A stretch of 64,000 nt of DNA from Acidobacteriota bacterium (GCA_016192845.1 JACPTI010000065.1:538-64537), one strand, 5' to 3'; numbered from the stretch's first letter, positions 8,773 through 18,802 are shown. The notes: generated by a model from the sequence alone, not told the origin. Made by a program: numbers and translations.

Positions 8773-11700
8773 TCAGACCTCAAGGCATCGAGGAGCGGCG
8801 CGCGCGTCGCAGCCCGGGTTGCCGCGAGTGACGATAGCAGACCCGTCACGAAGACCGCAAAGACCAGCAGCGCGCCGCCGCTCGTGAGCGGCAGCCGCCC
8901 GCCGCGCTCCGCCACGGCCGGCGCAATCGCGAGCGCCGCGCACAGCGCGCCGGTCGCCAGCCCTGCGCCGAGCAGCAGCGCGTTCTCGGCCGCCGCCATG
9001 AGCACGAAATGCCGCTGCCGGTAGCCGACGGCGCCGAGCAGCGCCAGCTCGCGCCGGCGCTCGAGCGCGTTGCGCAGGAACACCGTCGCCAGCCCGATCG
9101 TCCCGAGCAGCAGGCCGAGTCCGCCGAGCGTGCGGAACGTGGACAGATAGGTGTTTTCGACGCGGTGGAACCGTGCGAGCCGCTCGGCCGTACCTGTTGC
9201 GTCGGCCCCGAAGTCGGCGAGCGCGCTCTCGATCACTCCGGCGACGTCGCCGGCGCGCTCGGGGACGGTCTCGAGCAACAGGAACCGATACCCCTCCTCC
9301 TCCGGGAACAGCTCGAGGAACCGATCCTCGGCCATCAGCAGCTCGCTCTGGAAGATGCTGTCGCGCAGCGCGGCCACCAGCCGCAGTCGGATCTGCCGGT
9401 CGCCCCGGGTGATCACGATGTCGTCGCCGAGCTGCCGGTGGAGGATGTAGGTCATCGAGTTCGCGTCGGCAATCACCGGGACCGCACCGTCCCGCTCCCG
9501 GCGGTGCAGCAGCCGCCACGGGTTGGCGCGTTCCTCATCGGTTGACGCAAGGGAGCTCTGAAACGCGAAGCGAGCCTCGCGGAGGAAGCCGTCGCCCGGC
9601 GCCAGGATGCGCGGGTTCCGCGGCTCGTACAAATTGAGACAGCTCGCGTCGTCGCCCGGCAGCAGCCGGAACGGCTCGATCCGCGTCGACTCGAGATCGA
9701 CCAGATTGAGCGCGTCGCGCCCCTCCACCGAGTTCGGATCGTGGACGATCGGCAGGAGCGTTTCGACCAGGAGCGTGTAGCCGCCAAGCCCCGACTGCCG
9801 GTCGCCGGGGTCGATGCCCGTGTCACGCCGGAACGCATCAACCGCGATGAGGATGAACGTGGCGGATGCGATCACGGCAATCGACAGCACGCTGCGCCCG
9901 GGCCGGTAGGTGGTATTCCGCAGGCCCAGATGCGACACCGGCTGCCAGCCGCGGCCGCCAATCGCCTGTCGCGCCGGACGCCGGAACGCCCCGGCAAAGA
10001 GACCGAGCGCCGCCACGAGCAGCAGCGCACCGGCGCCAAAGAAGGCCCCGCCCGGTGCCACGAGGCCCGCGGCGGAGGCGGCCAGGAGGAGGACGGCGAC
10101 AAGCGCCAGGCCTAAGACGTTCCACGCCCAACGCGTCAACTCCCAACGCCCAAGACGCCAACGCCCAAACCGCGAAGGCCCGACAGTTGGGAGTTGGGAG
10201 TTGAGGGGTTGGGAGTTGTCGATCTGCCCCGCCAGCAGCGTACGCTCCGAGATCTTCCCGAGCCCGCGCAGCGTCCACCAGACGCAGACGAACGCGGCAG
10301 CAATGCCGCCGGACGCCCCCACGGCGAGCGACGCCGGCGAGACGTGCAGCGCGAGCGCGTTCGTCCCCACCGCATCGACCCACCACGTGCGCAGGCCGAT
10401 CATCAGCAGCGCCGCGTATCCCACGGCACCGATTGCGCCAACCGCGCTGCCCGTCACCGCCAGCACCAGTCCTTCCGACAGGAACAGACGCCGCAGGTCC
10501 GCGGACCCGAAGCCGACGGCGCGGAGCAGGCCGACCTCGCGCCCGCGCTGCTCGACCCCGAGCTTGAAGAAGAGCGCCGCCAGCAGCAGCGCCGAGACGA
10601 CGATGAAGAAGCTGAAGTAGAGGAAGTAGGCGCCGAAATCGGTCGCGCCGCGCGACGCCGCGAGCCCTTCGCCGCGGACGTTGCGCACCGCCAGCCCGGT
10701 CTCGAGCGGATCCAGGCCCGACCGCAGGCGCTGCTCGTAGGCCTGCCGCGCCTCCTCCGGCAACTCGCCGGCGGCCGGCGCGATCCGGACGGACGTGAGC
10801 GCGCCGTACCGCGAGCGCCAGAGCCGCTGCCCCGTCTCGAGCGGAATGAACGCCTTCGGCGTCGTCCGGTATTGCTCCCAGTACTCCTCGTCGACGCGAC
10901 GGATGCGGCGCAGGTCGATCGGAAACGGCGGGTTCCAGTCGACGAGCGTCGGCGAATCGGTAATCCCCGGGTACTCGGGCGCAAGATCGGCGTCGCCAGC
11001 TTCAACGGGCACCACGGCGGCGACGCGGAAGTGGGCCGACCGCGTCACGAGACGGCCGGGTTCTTCCCACAGGTGGTACTCCATCGACACGGTGTCGCCG
11101 GGACGAGCGGCAAGCTCGCGCGCCGCCCACTCGTTCAGCACGATAGGCGGCTCTGGGCCGCGCGGCGGCGGCGCCGGCGCCACGGTCGCGAGATCGATCG
11201 CCGTCACGAGCGAGTACGGAATCTCCCGCTCGCCCACACGCAGCGTGTTGGCGAGGTACGTGAGGACTGGAATGGTCTTCATGCCGCGTGCTTCGGCCGC
11301 GGCCGTGGCGGCGCCAGCCTGCGCGTCAGTAAGCAGCCCCGCGTCGGCGCCGAGAGCGAGCAGGCCGCGGTCCTCGAGGACGCGCAGCGTCAGACCCAGA
11401 TCGTCGAGCGTCGCGCGATCGCGGACGAGCCGCTCGAGCGCCACGGCACCCCCGGGGCGGGCGTCGGGCGACTGCGAGAACAGAATCGTGTTGACGCGCC
11501 CCTCGATCTCCAGCTCCTGCTGCAGCTCGTCGAGCGGCACGAACACCGCCCGCACGTCGCCCTGCTGGGCGTCGAGCGAGAACTCACCGAGCTCGGAGGC
11601 GGGAACCGATGCGCGGACGGCGAGCCGGAGCGTGCGCGTCAGGTCGTCTTTGCGGCCATGGAGCGACTCGAGCGGAATCTCCGACGGGCGCTGTACGCGC

Positions 11701-12131
11701 ACGAGCAGCGTGCTCTCCGGGATGGCGCCCAGCTCGGTCGCCAGCGCCAGGCTGAGCAGCGCATCCCTCTCGGCGGGGCCCGCAACGGTCATGCCGTGGA
11801 ACGCCCAGAAGCGTTCGTCGACCCCGTAGACGGACACCTGTCCGGCACGCCGGCCGCTCTCCTGAGCGGTGACGATGCCCGGAAGGATGACGAGCGGCGC
11901 GCCCCGAAGGTCCGCGGCAAGCTGTTCGCGGAAGAAGCCCGACGCGGCAACAATCTGGTCGGTGCGGCCGAGCCGCTCGAGGACGAGGTCACGCAGGCTG
12001 CCGCGAACCGAGTCGCCGACGAGCAACGCGCCGGCCAGCACGGCGACCGCCGTGGCGACGCCGGCCACGACGGCGGCGTTCGTGCGCCAGTAATGGGTCA
12101 GACCGCGAACGACGAGATGGCGGAACGTCAT
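8769..12131 (-). CDS. ABC-transporter-type permease with duplicated FtsX/MacB-like halves; no ATPase gene adjacent
   Basis: 1120-aa ORF. N-terminus FRHLVVRGLTHYWRTNAAVVAGVATAVAVLAGALLVG. Two blocks of FtsX-type TM helices separated by large extracytoplasmic domains. The neighbours are not ABC ATPases. Confidence 0.85.
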   Translation of the reverse strand: MTFRHLVVRGLTHYWRTNAAVVAGVATAVAVLAGALLVGDSVRGSLRDLVLERLGRTDQIVAASGFFREQLAADLRGAPLVILPGIVTAQESGRRAGQVSVYGVDERFWAFHGMTVAGPAERDALLSLALATELGAIPESTLLVRVQRPSEIPLESLHGRKDDLTRTLRLAVRASVPASELGEFSLDAQQGDVRAVFVPLDELQQELEIEGRVNTILFSQSPDARPGGAVALERLVRDRATLDDLGLTLRVLEDRGLLALGADAGLLTDAQAGAATAAAEARGMKTIPVLTYLANTLRVGEREIPYSLVTAIDLATVAPAPPPRGPEPPIVLNEWAARELAARPGDTVSMEYHLWEEPGRLVTRSAHFRVAAVVPVEAGDADLAPEYPGITDSPTLVDWNPPFPIDLRRIRRVDEEYWEQYRTTPKAFIPLETGQRLWRSRYGALTSVRIAPAAGELPEEARQAYEQRLRSGLDPLETGLAVRNVRGEGLAASRGATDFGAYFLYFSFFIVVSALLLAALFFKLGVEQRGREVGLLRAVGFGSADLRRLFLSEGLVLAVTGSAVGAIGAVGYAALLMIGLRTWWVDAVGTNALALHVSPASLAVGASGGIAAAFVCVWWTLRGLGKISERTLLAGQIDNSQPLNSQLPTVGPSRFGRWRLGRWELTRWAWNVLGLALVAVLLLAASAAGLVAPGGAFFGAGALLLVAALGLFAGAFRRPARQAIGGRGWQPVSHLGLRNTTYRPGRSVLSIAVIASATFILIAVDAFRRDTGIDPGDRQSGLGGYTLLVETLLPIVHDPNSVEGRDALNLVDLESTRIEPFRLLPGDDASCLNLYEPRNPRILAPGDGFLREARFAFQSSLASTDEERANPWRLLHRRERDGAVPVIADANSMTYILHRQLGDDIVITRGDRQIRLRLVAALRDSIFQSELLMAEDRFLELFPEEEGYRFLLLETVPERAGDVAGVIESALADFGADATGTAERLARFHRVENTYLSTFRTLGGLGLLLGTIGLATVFLRNALERRRELALLGAVGYRQRHFVLMAAAENALLLGAGLATGALCAALAIAPAVAERGGRLPLTSGGALLVFAVFVTGLLSSLAATRAATRAPLLDALRSE
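10123..10218. repeat. heptamer-word inverted repeat, family B (CAACTCCCAA / TTGGGAGTTG), in frame inside the permease CDS
   Basis: Left arm 10123-10170, spacer, right arm 10186-10218. The 34-nt stretch CAACTCCCAACGCCCAAGACGCCAACGCCCAAAC differs at only 3 positions from its first 33 counterpart bases at 53140-53172. Translated as QIDNSQPLNSQLPTVGPSRFGRWRLGRWELTRWAWN. Confidence 0.8.
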
Positions 12132-12181
12132 ACGCGAGTATCAGCCCCGCCTTCGCATTCTGCTACGGCGAGGCTCGCCAC

Positions 12182-12205
12182 GGCGGTCCGCCATGGCGGA
12201 CCGCC
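12182..12205 (-). terminator. perfect 24-nt palindrome downstream of the lipid-kinase gene
   Basis: GGCGGTCCGCC-AT-GGCGGACCGCC lies 14 nt after the stop at 12219. No U-tract. Confidence 0.3.
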
Positions 12206-12218
12206 TAAACAGCGCTGG

Positions 12219-13151
12219 CTAGTCGGGTCGCCATGCGACCCGACCGTCGGCGAAGGCGGCGGGTACGGCTACGCGCAGCGCACCCGGGCGCGGCCGCGCC
12301 GCGAGCAGCACGCCGCCGACGTACGGCTCGCCGTCCAGGTGATACATCACCGGAGCGGCCGACGTCACCCGAATGTCGACGGCGGCGCGCATCGCCACCT
12401 CGGGCACGCGCGCCATCTGCCCGAGGAACACGCGCGGGACCTGCACGAGCGCCGCCAGCGGCGACCGCGCCGCCACGACCACGACGTCGAGCCGCCCGTC
12501 GGTCAGCCGCGCGGCGGGCGCGATGATGGCGCCGTTCCCGTACTGCCGCGCGTTGGCAATCGCGACGAGCAGCGCGCGAGTCCGGAGCGCGGCGCCGTCG
12601 GCGAATACCGTATGGTAGTCCGGCCTGTACGTGAACAGCTCCCGCGCGGTGACGGCGAGATACCGGACGAAGCCGCGCCGGACCCGGCGTGCGGACGCGA
12701 ACCGGTGCGCCACCCGCGCGTCGAGGCCGATGCCGGCGATGTTGAAGAAAAGCCGGCCGTCGAGCTCCCCGGCGTCGATCCAGCACTCGCGTCCGCCCAG
12801 CGCGACGTCGATCGCCCGCACCGGATCGAACGGAATGCGCAGCTCGCGCGCGAGCCCGTTGCCCGATCCGCTCGGGACGATGCCGAGCGTGACGTTGCGG
12901 AAGGCGAGTGACGAGCCGACCTCGTTGACCGTGCCGTCCCCGCCCCAGGCGATCACCGTCGAGGCCCCCTCGTCAACGGCCGCGGCGGCCAGCTCGCGCG
13001 CGTGGCCGGGGCGCTCGGTGACGAACACCTCCACCTCGAGGCCGCGGCCGGCGATCACCGAGCCGGCCAGTTCGGCACGTTCGCGCGCGGCGCCCTTCCG
13101 GCCGCCCGTTCCGGAGATCGGGTTGATGATGACGGCTACGCGTTTGGCCAC
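12219..13151 (-). CDS. diacylglycerol-kinase-family lipid kinase (YegS/BmrU-like)
   Basis: VAVIINPISGTGG...VIAWGGDGTVNEV...GIVPSGSGNGLAREL motifs. GTG start at 13151. Confidence 0.85.
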   Translation of the reverse strand: MAKRVAVIINPISGTGGRKGAARERAELAGSVIAGRGLEVEVFVTERPGHARELAAAAVDEGASTVIAWGGDGTVNEVGSSLAFRNVTLGIVPSGSGNGLARELRIPFDPVRAIDVALGGRECWIDAGELDGRLFFNIAGIGLDARVAHRFASARRVRRGFVRYLAVTARELFTYRPDYHTVFADGAALRTRALLVAIANARQYGNGAIIAPAARLTDGRLDVVVVAARSPLAALVQVPRVFLGQMARVPEVAMRAAVDIRVTSAAPVMYHLDGEPYVGGVLLAARPRPGALRVAVPAAFADGRVAWRPD

Positions 13152-13153
13152 GT

Positions 13154-13192
13154 CCTTGAGTTCTTGAGTTTTGCGTCTTGCGTTTTGAGTTA
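13154..13192. repeat. degenerate tandem TTGAGTT/TTGCGTC word array
   Basis: CCTTGAGTTCTTGAGTTTTGCGTCTTGCGTTTTGAGTTA fills the 38-nt gap between two genes and supplies the SixA stop codon. Confidence 0.6.
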
Positions 13193-13696
13193 CTTCGCCA
13201 GCCCTCTCAACAGCCTTGGCGGCACGAACCAGGTGAGCGCGCCGGGGCGCCGCGACGTCAGGCTCTCGACGTCGATGCGGCAGACGCCCCCTTTCTTGAA
13301 CGGCAGCGCCCGGCCGGCGCCAATCAGGTGCGCGGCCAGCTCGCCAAGGCCCGGCTCATGGCCGACGAGCGCGATGCGGCGGCGACGCGCCGTGCGGGAC
13401 AGCTGCGCCAGCACCGAGGCCGGCACGTGGCCCGGGGCGAGCGCGTCGAGCACCCGCACCGCCGGCCCGCCGGGCAGCCCGGCCGCCAGCAGCTCCGCGG
13501 TCTGCCTGGCCCGCGCGAGCGGGCTGGTGAAGATCTCGTCGACCCCCACCCCCAGGGTGCGGAGCCCTTCGACGGCTTCCTCGAACCGTGAGACGCCGCG
13601 CGCAGTCAGCGGCCGCTTGTCGTCGTCGGGCCATTCCGCACCACGCTCGGCGGCAATGGCGTGACGGACGAGGTACAGCTCGACAGGATTCGACAT
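13190..13696 (-). CDS. sixA: phosphohistidine phosphatase SixA
   Basis: LYLVRHAIA...RPLTARG...TSPLARARQTAE...VGHEP motifs of the histidine-phosphatase superfamily, at SixA size (168 aa). Confidence 0.8.
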   Translation of the reverse strand: MSNPVELYLVRHAIAAERGAEWPDDDKRPLTARGVSRFEEAVEGLRTLGVGVDEIFTSPLARARQTAELLAAGLPGGPAVRVLDALAPGHVPASVLAQLSRTARRRRIALVGHEPGLGELAAHLIGAGRALPFKKGGVCRIDVESLTSRRPGALTWFVPPRLLRGLAK

Positions 13697-13699
13697 CCG

Positions 13700-14560
13700 C
13701 TAGGCGGCCGGCGACAGCCGCGCCTTTCCGCGCCCGCGTCGCGCCGGGGCCGCCGCCGCGTGCATGCAGATCGCCAGCAGTGCCCTGCGCCGCGCCATGT
13801 AATGACCGTGCAGCTGGCGGCACTCCGTCTCGAGGCGCCGCACGAGACGGTCGAGATCGCTCGAGAGGCGGAGCGTGGGCGCGTTGGCCGAGCCCTGCAG
13901 CGCGCGCACGCGCGCGACGAGTACGTCGAGGTCGTGCATGCGGCCGAGGAGGTCCTGCGCCTCCTTCAGCCGGCGGAGCCGTGCGACCGCCCGGGAGCCC
14001 TCAACATGTCGCACCAGCTCCAGCGCGTACCGCAGCTTCTTGACCGCAATACGTACCTCGTGCAGACGGTCTGGAAGGTAGATGCTGCCCGCGCTTTCAA
14101 TCGCGGAGCGCAGCCGCACCGCGCGCCGCGCCGCGCGGGCCGCGGCGTCGAGGCGGCGTTGGCTGCGCGCGGCGTGGATCGCCTGGCGGCGCAGCGTGTC
14201 GAAGTCGACGCGCTGCACCTCGCGCGCCATCGCGTCGTGCAGCCGGCGCCGCTCCTGCCGGAGCACCTGCTTGAGGCGCGCCACGGCTGCCCGCGGCGCC
14301 TCGCCCGCCAGGCCGCCGAGCGTCTCGAGCGCGACGTCGAGCTCGCGTACCGGGCCGAGCGCGCGCGTGAGCCGCCGCACCTTGCGGCGGAGCCTGCGGC
14401 CGCGGGACCCGGGATGCACGAGCGGCAGGAGTTCGCGCAGGCGGCGCGTCGCGACGCGCGCCCGGTGGACCGCCGCCGGAGCGCCCTCCTGCGCGGCGGG
14501 CAGCGCGCGAGCCAGCGCCCGCACCCGCTGACGGATCAGTCCCTCCGTAGGCGTCGCCAT
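13700..14560 (-). CDS. CHAD domain-containing protein
   Basis: VHRARVATRRLRELL...VRELDV...HEVRIAVKKLRYALE repeats are typical of CHAD helical bundles. Confidence 0.8.
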   Translation of the reverse strand: MATPTEGLIRQRVRALARALPAAQEGAPAAVHRARVATRRLRELLPLVHPGSRGRRLRRKVRRLTRALGPVRELDVALETLGGLAGEAPRAAVARLKQVLRQERRRLHDAMAREVQRVDFDTLRRQAIHAARSQRRLDAAARAARRAVRLRSAIESAGSIYLPDRLHEVRIAVKKLRYALELVRHVEGSRAVARLRRLKEAQDLLGRMHDLDVLVARVRALQGSANAPTLRLSSDLDRLVRRLETECRQLHGHYMARRRALLAICMHAAAAPARRGRGKARLSPAA

Positions 14561-14567
14561 CTGTCCC

Positions 14568-14600
14568 GAGGCCTGGGCTTGGGGCCTGAGGCCTGAGGCC
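14568..14600. repeat. degenerate tandem GGCCTGA/GGGCTTG word array
   Basis: GAGGCCTGGGCTTGGGGCCTGAGGCCTGAGGCC lies in the CHAD/ppx divergent gap and is followed by the AT-rich TACTATATCTATATCT. Confidence 0.55.
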
Positions 14601-14618
14601 TACTATATCTATATCTCT

Positions 14619-16163
14619 GTGCGCATTGCCGCGATCGACATCGGAACGAACTCCGTTCACATGATCGTCGTCCGCGTGCGGGCTGACCTCTCGTTCGAGG
14701 TCGTCGATCGCGAGAAGGTCATGGTCCGGCTCGGCGCCGGCGGCCTCGACGGCCGGGCGCTCACACGGGAGGCGACTGCCGCGGCGCTGCAGGCGCTCGC
14801 GACGTTCAAACGCCTGGCCGACGCGCACCGCGTCGATGAGATCGTTGCCGTCGCCACGAGCGCGGTGCGCGAATCGCGCAACGGCGGCGGGTTCCTCGCC
14901 CGCGTCGAGAAGGAGACCGGCATCCGGCCGATGGTGATCAGCGGCGGCGAAGAGGCGCGACTGATTCACCGGGCCGCTGCGTACGGCGTCGATATCGGCA
15001 GCAGCCGCGCCGTCGTCATCGACATCGGCGGCGGCAGCGTCGAGATCACGCTCGGCACGGCGACATCGATCCAGCTGGCGCGGAGCTTCAAGCTGGGCGT
15101 CATCCGCCTGACGGAGCGGTTCATCCGGAGCGATCCGCCGTCCGGACGCGACGAACGGCGGCTCGAGCGGCACATCCTGAGCGAAATCGATCGGTACTGC
15201 GACCAAGTTGCGGCGATCGGGTTCGACCGCGTGATCGGCACGTCGGGGACGATTCTGAGCCTGGGGATGGTGGCGGCCACGGCAGCCCAGGGCGCACCGC
15301 CCCAGGAGCTCCGGAACCTGCGCGTGGCGGCCAAGCAGATCCGGCGCGTGCGGAAGGAGGTCGGCAGCCGCGATATCGAGCGGCGGCTGACGATCCCTGG
15401 GCTCGATCCGCGGCGAGCGGACCTCGTCGTCGCGGGAGCGGTGCTGCTCGACACGATCCTGGGCCGCCTCGATGCCGACGCGATCACGCTCTGCGACCTG
15501 GCGCTGCGCGAAGGGCTGGTGCTCGACTACGTGCAGCGCCACAGGCGGCACGTGGCGCAGGTCGACCGGATCCCCGACGTGCGGCGCCGCAGCACGATCG
15601 AGCTGGCGGAGCGATGTCACTACGTCGCCGTGCACGCCCAGCACGTGGCGCGGCTGGCGCTGGCGCTGTTCGACCAGACGCGCGCGCTCCACGGGCTCAC
15701 CGACCGCGAGCGCGAGTGGCTCGAGTACGCGGCGCTGATGCACGACCTCGGCGTGCACATCAGCTACCCGCGCCACCACCGGCACTCGTACTACCTGATC
15801 AAGAACGGCGACCTGCGCGGCTTCGAGCCCTACGAGATCGAGGTGATGGCGCTCGTCGCGCGCTACCACCGGCGCGGGACGCCGAAGAAGACGCACGAGG
15901 AGTACGCGCAGCTCCCGGCCCCGCTGCGCCGCAGCGTGCGCGTGCTGGCGTCGATCCTGCGCGTGGCGGAGAGCCTCGATCGCAGCCACGCGCAGGTGGT
16001 CTCTGCCCTCGAGCTGCAGGACCGCGGCACCGACATGCTGCTGCAGCTGCGGGCCTCCGGCGACGCGGAGCTCGAGACCTGGGCGGCCAGCCGGCATCTC
16101 GCCCAGCTCGAGAAACTGGTGCAGCGGCCCGTACGGCTGGCAATCGCGAATCGCGAATCATAA
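14619..16163 (+). CDS. ppx: exopolyphosphatase / Ppx-GppA family phosphatase with C-terminal HD domain
   Basis: MRIAAIDIGTNSVHMIVV..., DIGGGSVE, and an HD region (LMHDLGVHISYPRHHRHSYYLI). GTG start at 14619. Confidence 0.9.
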   Translation: MRIAAIDIGTNSVHMIVVRVRADLSFEVVDREKVMVRLGAGGLDGRALTREATAAALQALATFKRLADAHRVDEIVAVATSAVRESRNGGGFLARVEKETGIRPMVISGGEEARLIHRAAAYGVDIGSSRAVVIDIGGGSVEITLGTATSIQLARSFKLGVIRLTERFIRSDPPSGRDERRLERHILSEIDRYCDQVAAIGFDRVIGTSGTILSLGMVAATAAQGAPPQELRNLRVAAKQIRRVRKEVGSRDIERRLTIPGLDPRRADLVVAGAVLLDTILGRLDADAITLCDLALREGLVLDYVQRHRRHVAQVDRIPDVRRRSTIELAERCHYVAVHAQHVARLALALFDQTRALHGLTDREREWLEYAALMHDLGVHISYPRHHRHSYYLIKNGDLRGFEPYEIEVMALVARYHRRGTPKKTHEEYAQLPAPLRRSVRVLASILRVAESLDRSHAQVVSALELQDRGTDMLLQLRASGDAELETWAASRHLAQLEKLVQRPVRLAIANRES

Positions 16164-16174
16164 ATCGCAAATTG
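16142..16174. repeat. degenerate tandem AATCGCG word array
   Basis: AATCGCGAATCGCGAATCATAAATCGCAAATTG encodes the last residues (AIANRES) and the stop of ppx. Confidence 0.55.
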
Positions 16175-16180
16175 ATTAGA

Positions 16181-16366
16181 ATGGGCCGGATGGGCGAGGC
16201 GCAGTTATGCGTCCTGTGCCGCAGGCGTCCGGTCGACGAGCGCTGGCGGCCCTTCTGCAGCGAGCGGTGCCGGAACGAGGATCTGGCGCGGTGGGCCGAA
16301 GGGCGCTACCGCGTGCCCGGCGACCCTGCGCCCGCCCCCGACCAGGACACCGACGACAGAAGCTGA
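16181..16366 (+). CDS. yacG: DNA gyrase inhibitor YacG (zinc finger)
   Basis: MGRMGEAQLCVLCRRRPVDERWRPFCSERCRNEDLARWAEGRYRV carries the CxxC...FCSxRCxxxDLxxW signature. In frame within track ORF 15614..16366. Confidence 0.7.
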   Translation: MGRMGEAQLCVLCRRRPVDERWRPFCSERCRNEDLARWAEGRYRVPGDPAPAPDQDTDDRS

Positions 16367-16373
16367 CCGCACT

Positions 16374-17660
<1,287 letters not shown>

Positions 17661-17879
17661 CACGGTGCGAGGTGCGAGGGTGCCACGGTACGATGGTGCG
17701 TCCGCCGGTGCGACGATGCGAGGGTGCGGGCGGCTCTCGGGTCCGGGTTCGACGGTGCTTGCCTGCGCCCTGCTGGCGTGCTCGGCCGATGCAGATAATC
17801 CCGCACCGTCGAACGTGCCTGTGAACCCTCGCACCGTCGCACCGTCGGACGCACCATCGCACCCTCGCACCGTCGCACC
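17661..17879. repeat. heptamer-word inverted repeat, family C (GGTGCGA / TCGCACC); the arms flank a signal-peptide coding segment
   Basis: Left arm 17661-17729 starts 1 nt after the gltA stop and contains the ATG at 17716. Right arm 17826-17879 is translated as NPRTVAPSDAPSHPRTVAP. About 95 nt lie between the arms. Confidence 0.8.
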
Positions 17880-18723
17880 TGTGTCTCTGCAGGGCGCCTC
17901 CAAGTTCGACAGCAGCCGCGCGTACGAAGACCTGCGGCGGCAGGTCGGCTTCGGGCCCCGCCCCGCGGGCTCGGCGGCGCTCGCCCAGTGCCGGCAGTAC
18001 ATCCTCGACCAGCTCAAGGCGGCCGGGATCGCCGCCCGGGAACAGGCGTTCGACGCCGACACGCCGGTCGGCCGGATACGGATGGTCAACATCATCGGCA
18101 CGATCCCCGGCAGGCGGCAGGACCGGATTGCGCTCGCCACGCACTACGACACCAAGCTCTTCCGTGAGTCCCGCTTTGTCGGCGCGAGCGACGGCGCCTC
18201 CTCGACCGCCGGCGTGCTTGAGCTGGGGCGGGTGCTCAAGGCGCGGCAGAACGACTACACGATCGAACTGCTCTTTTTCGACGGCGAGGAAGCGTTCGTC
18301 GACTGGTACAAGAACAACGACAACACGTACGGCAGCCGGCACTACGTGCAGGCGGCGCAGAAGGCGGAAACGCTGGGCGGGCTCAAGGCGGTCGTCCTGC
18401 TCGACATGATTGGAGATCGCAACCTGACGATCCGCCGCGATACCAACTCGACGCGCTGGCTGACCGACGTCGTCTGGGCGTCGGCGGCGAAGCTCGGATA
18501 CCGGTCGTCCTTTCTGACCGAAGAAACGACAATCGACGACGACCACATGCCGTTTCTCCGCGCCGGGATCCCGGCGGTCGACATCATCGACCTCGAGTAC
18601 GCGGCGTGGCACACGCCGCAGGACACGCTCGACGCGGTCAGCGCGCGCAGCCTGCAGATTGTGGGTGATGTGGTCCTCGACGCGCTGCCGCAGATCGAGA
18701 AGCGGCTGGCGTCAAGTCGGTGA
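17716..18723 (+). CDS. M28-family peptidase / glutaminyl-peptide cyclotransferase-like lipoprotein
   Basis: ORF 17614..18723 trimmed to ATG 17716 (MRGCGRLSGPGSTVLACALLAC lipobox-like). M28 core: HYDTK...ASDGASSTAGVLEL...LLFFDGEE...LLDMIG...DDHMPF. GTG 17881 is an alternative start. Confidence 0.75.
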   Translation: MRGCGRLSGPGSTVLACALLACSADADNPAPSNVPVNPRTVAPSDAPSHPRTVAPVSLQGASKFDSSRAYEDLRRQVGFGPRPAGSAALAQCRQYILDQLKAAGIAAREQAFDADTPVGRIRMVNIIGTIPGRRQDRIALATHYDTKLFRESRFVGASDGASSTAGVLELGRVLKARQNDYTIELLFFDGEEAFVDWYKNNDNTYGSRHYVQAAQKAETLGGLKAVVLLDMIGDRNLTIRRDTNSTRWLTDVVWASAAKLGYRSSFLTEETTIDDDHMPFLRAGIPAVDIIDLEYAAWHTPQDTLDAVSARSLQIVGDVVLDALPQIEKRLASSR

Positions 18724-18802
18724 CGCAGCGCCATTTATGACGCTTGCGCGGCGCCAGCACCGCCGCCAGCAGGAACAGCAGCGTCGGTCCGCCTGATCGT
18801 CC

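Noticed and set aside
8464-9024. Plus-strand ORFs across the propeller/permease junction.
   Set aside because: They are antisense to translationally coupled, recognisable genes and have an Arg/Gly/Pro-rich composition.
10194-12911. 905-aa plus-strand ORF spanning the permease and lipid-kinase loci.
   Set aside because: It is antisense to two recognisable genes, extremely Arg-rich and has no domain-like motifs.
14097-16097. 666-aa minus-strand ORF antisense to ppx.
   Set aside because: It has an Arg/Ala/Pro/Gly-dominated composition typical of antisense frames in high-GC DNA. The opposite strand encodes an unmistakable Ppx/GppA protein.
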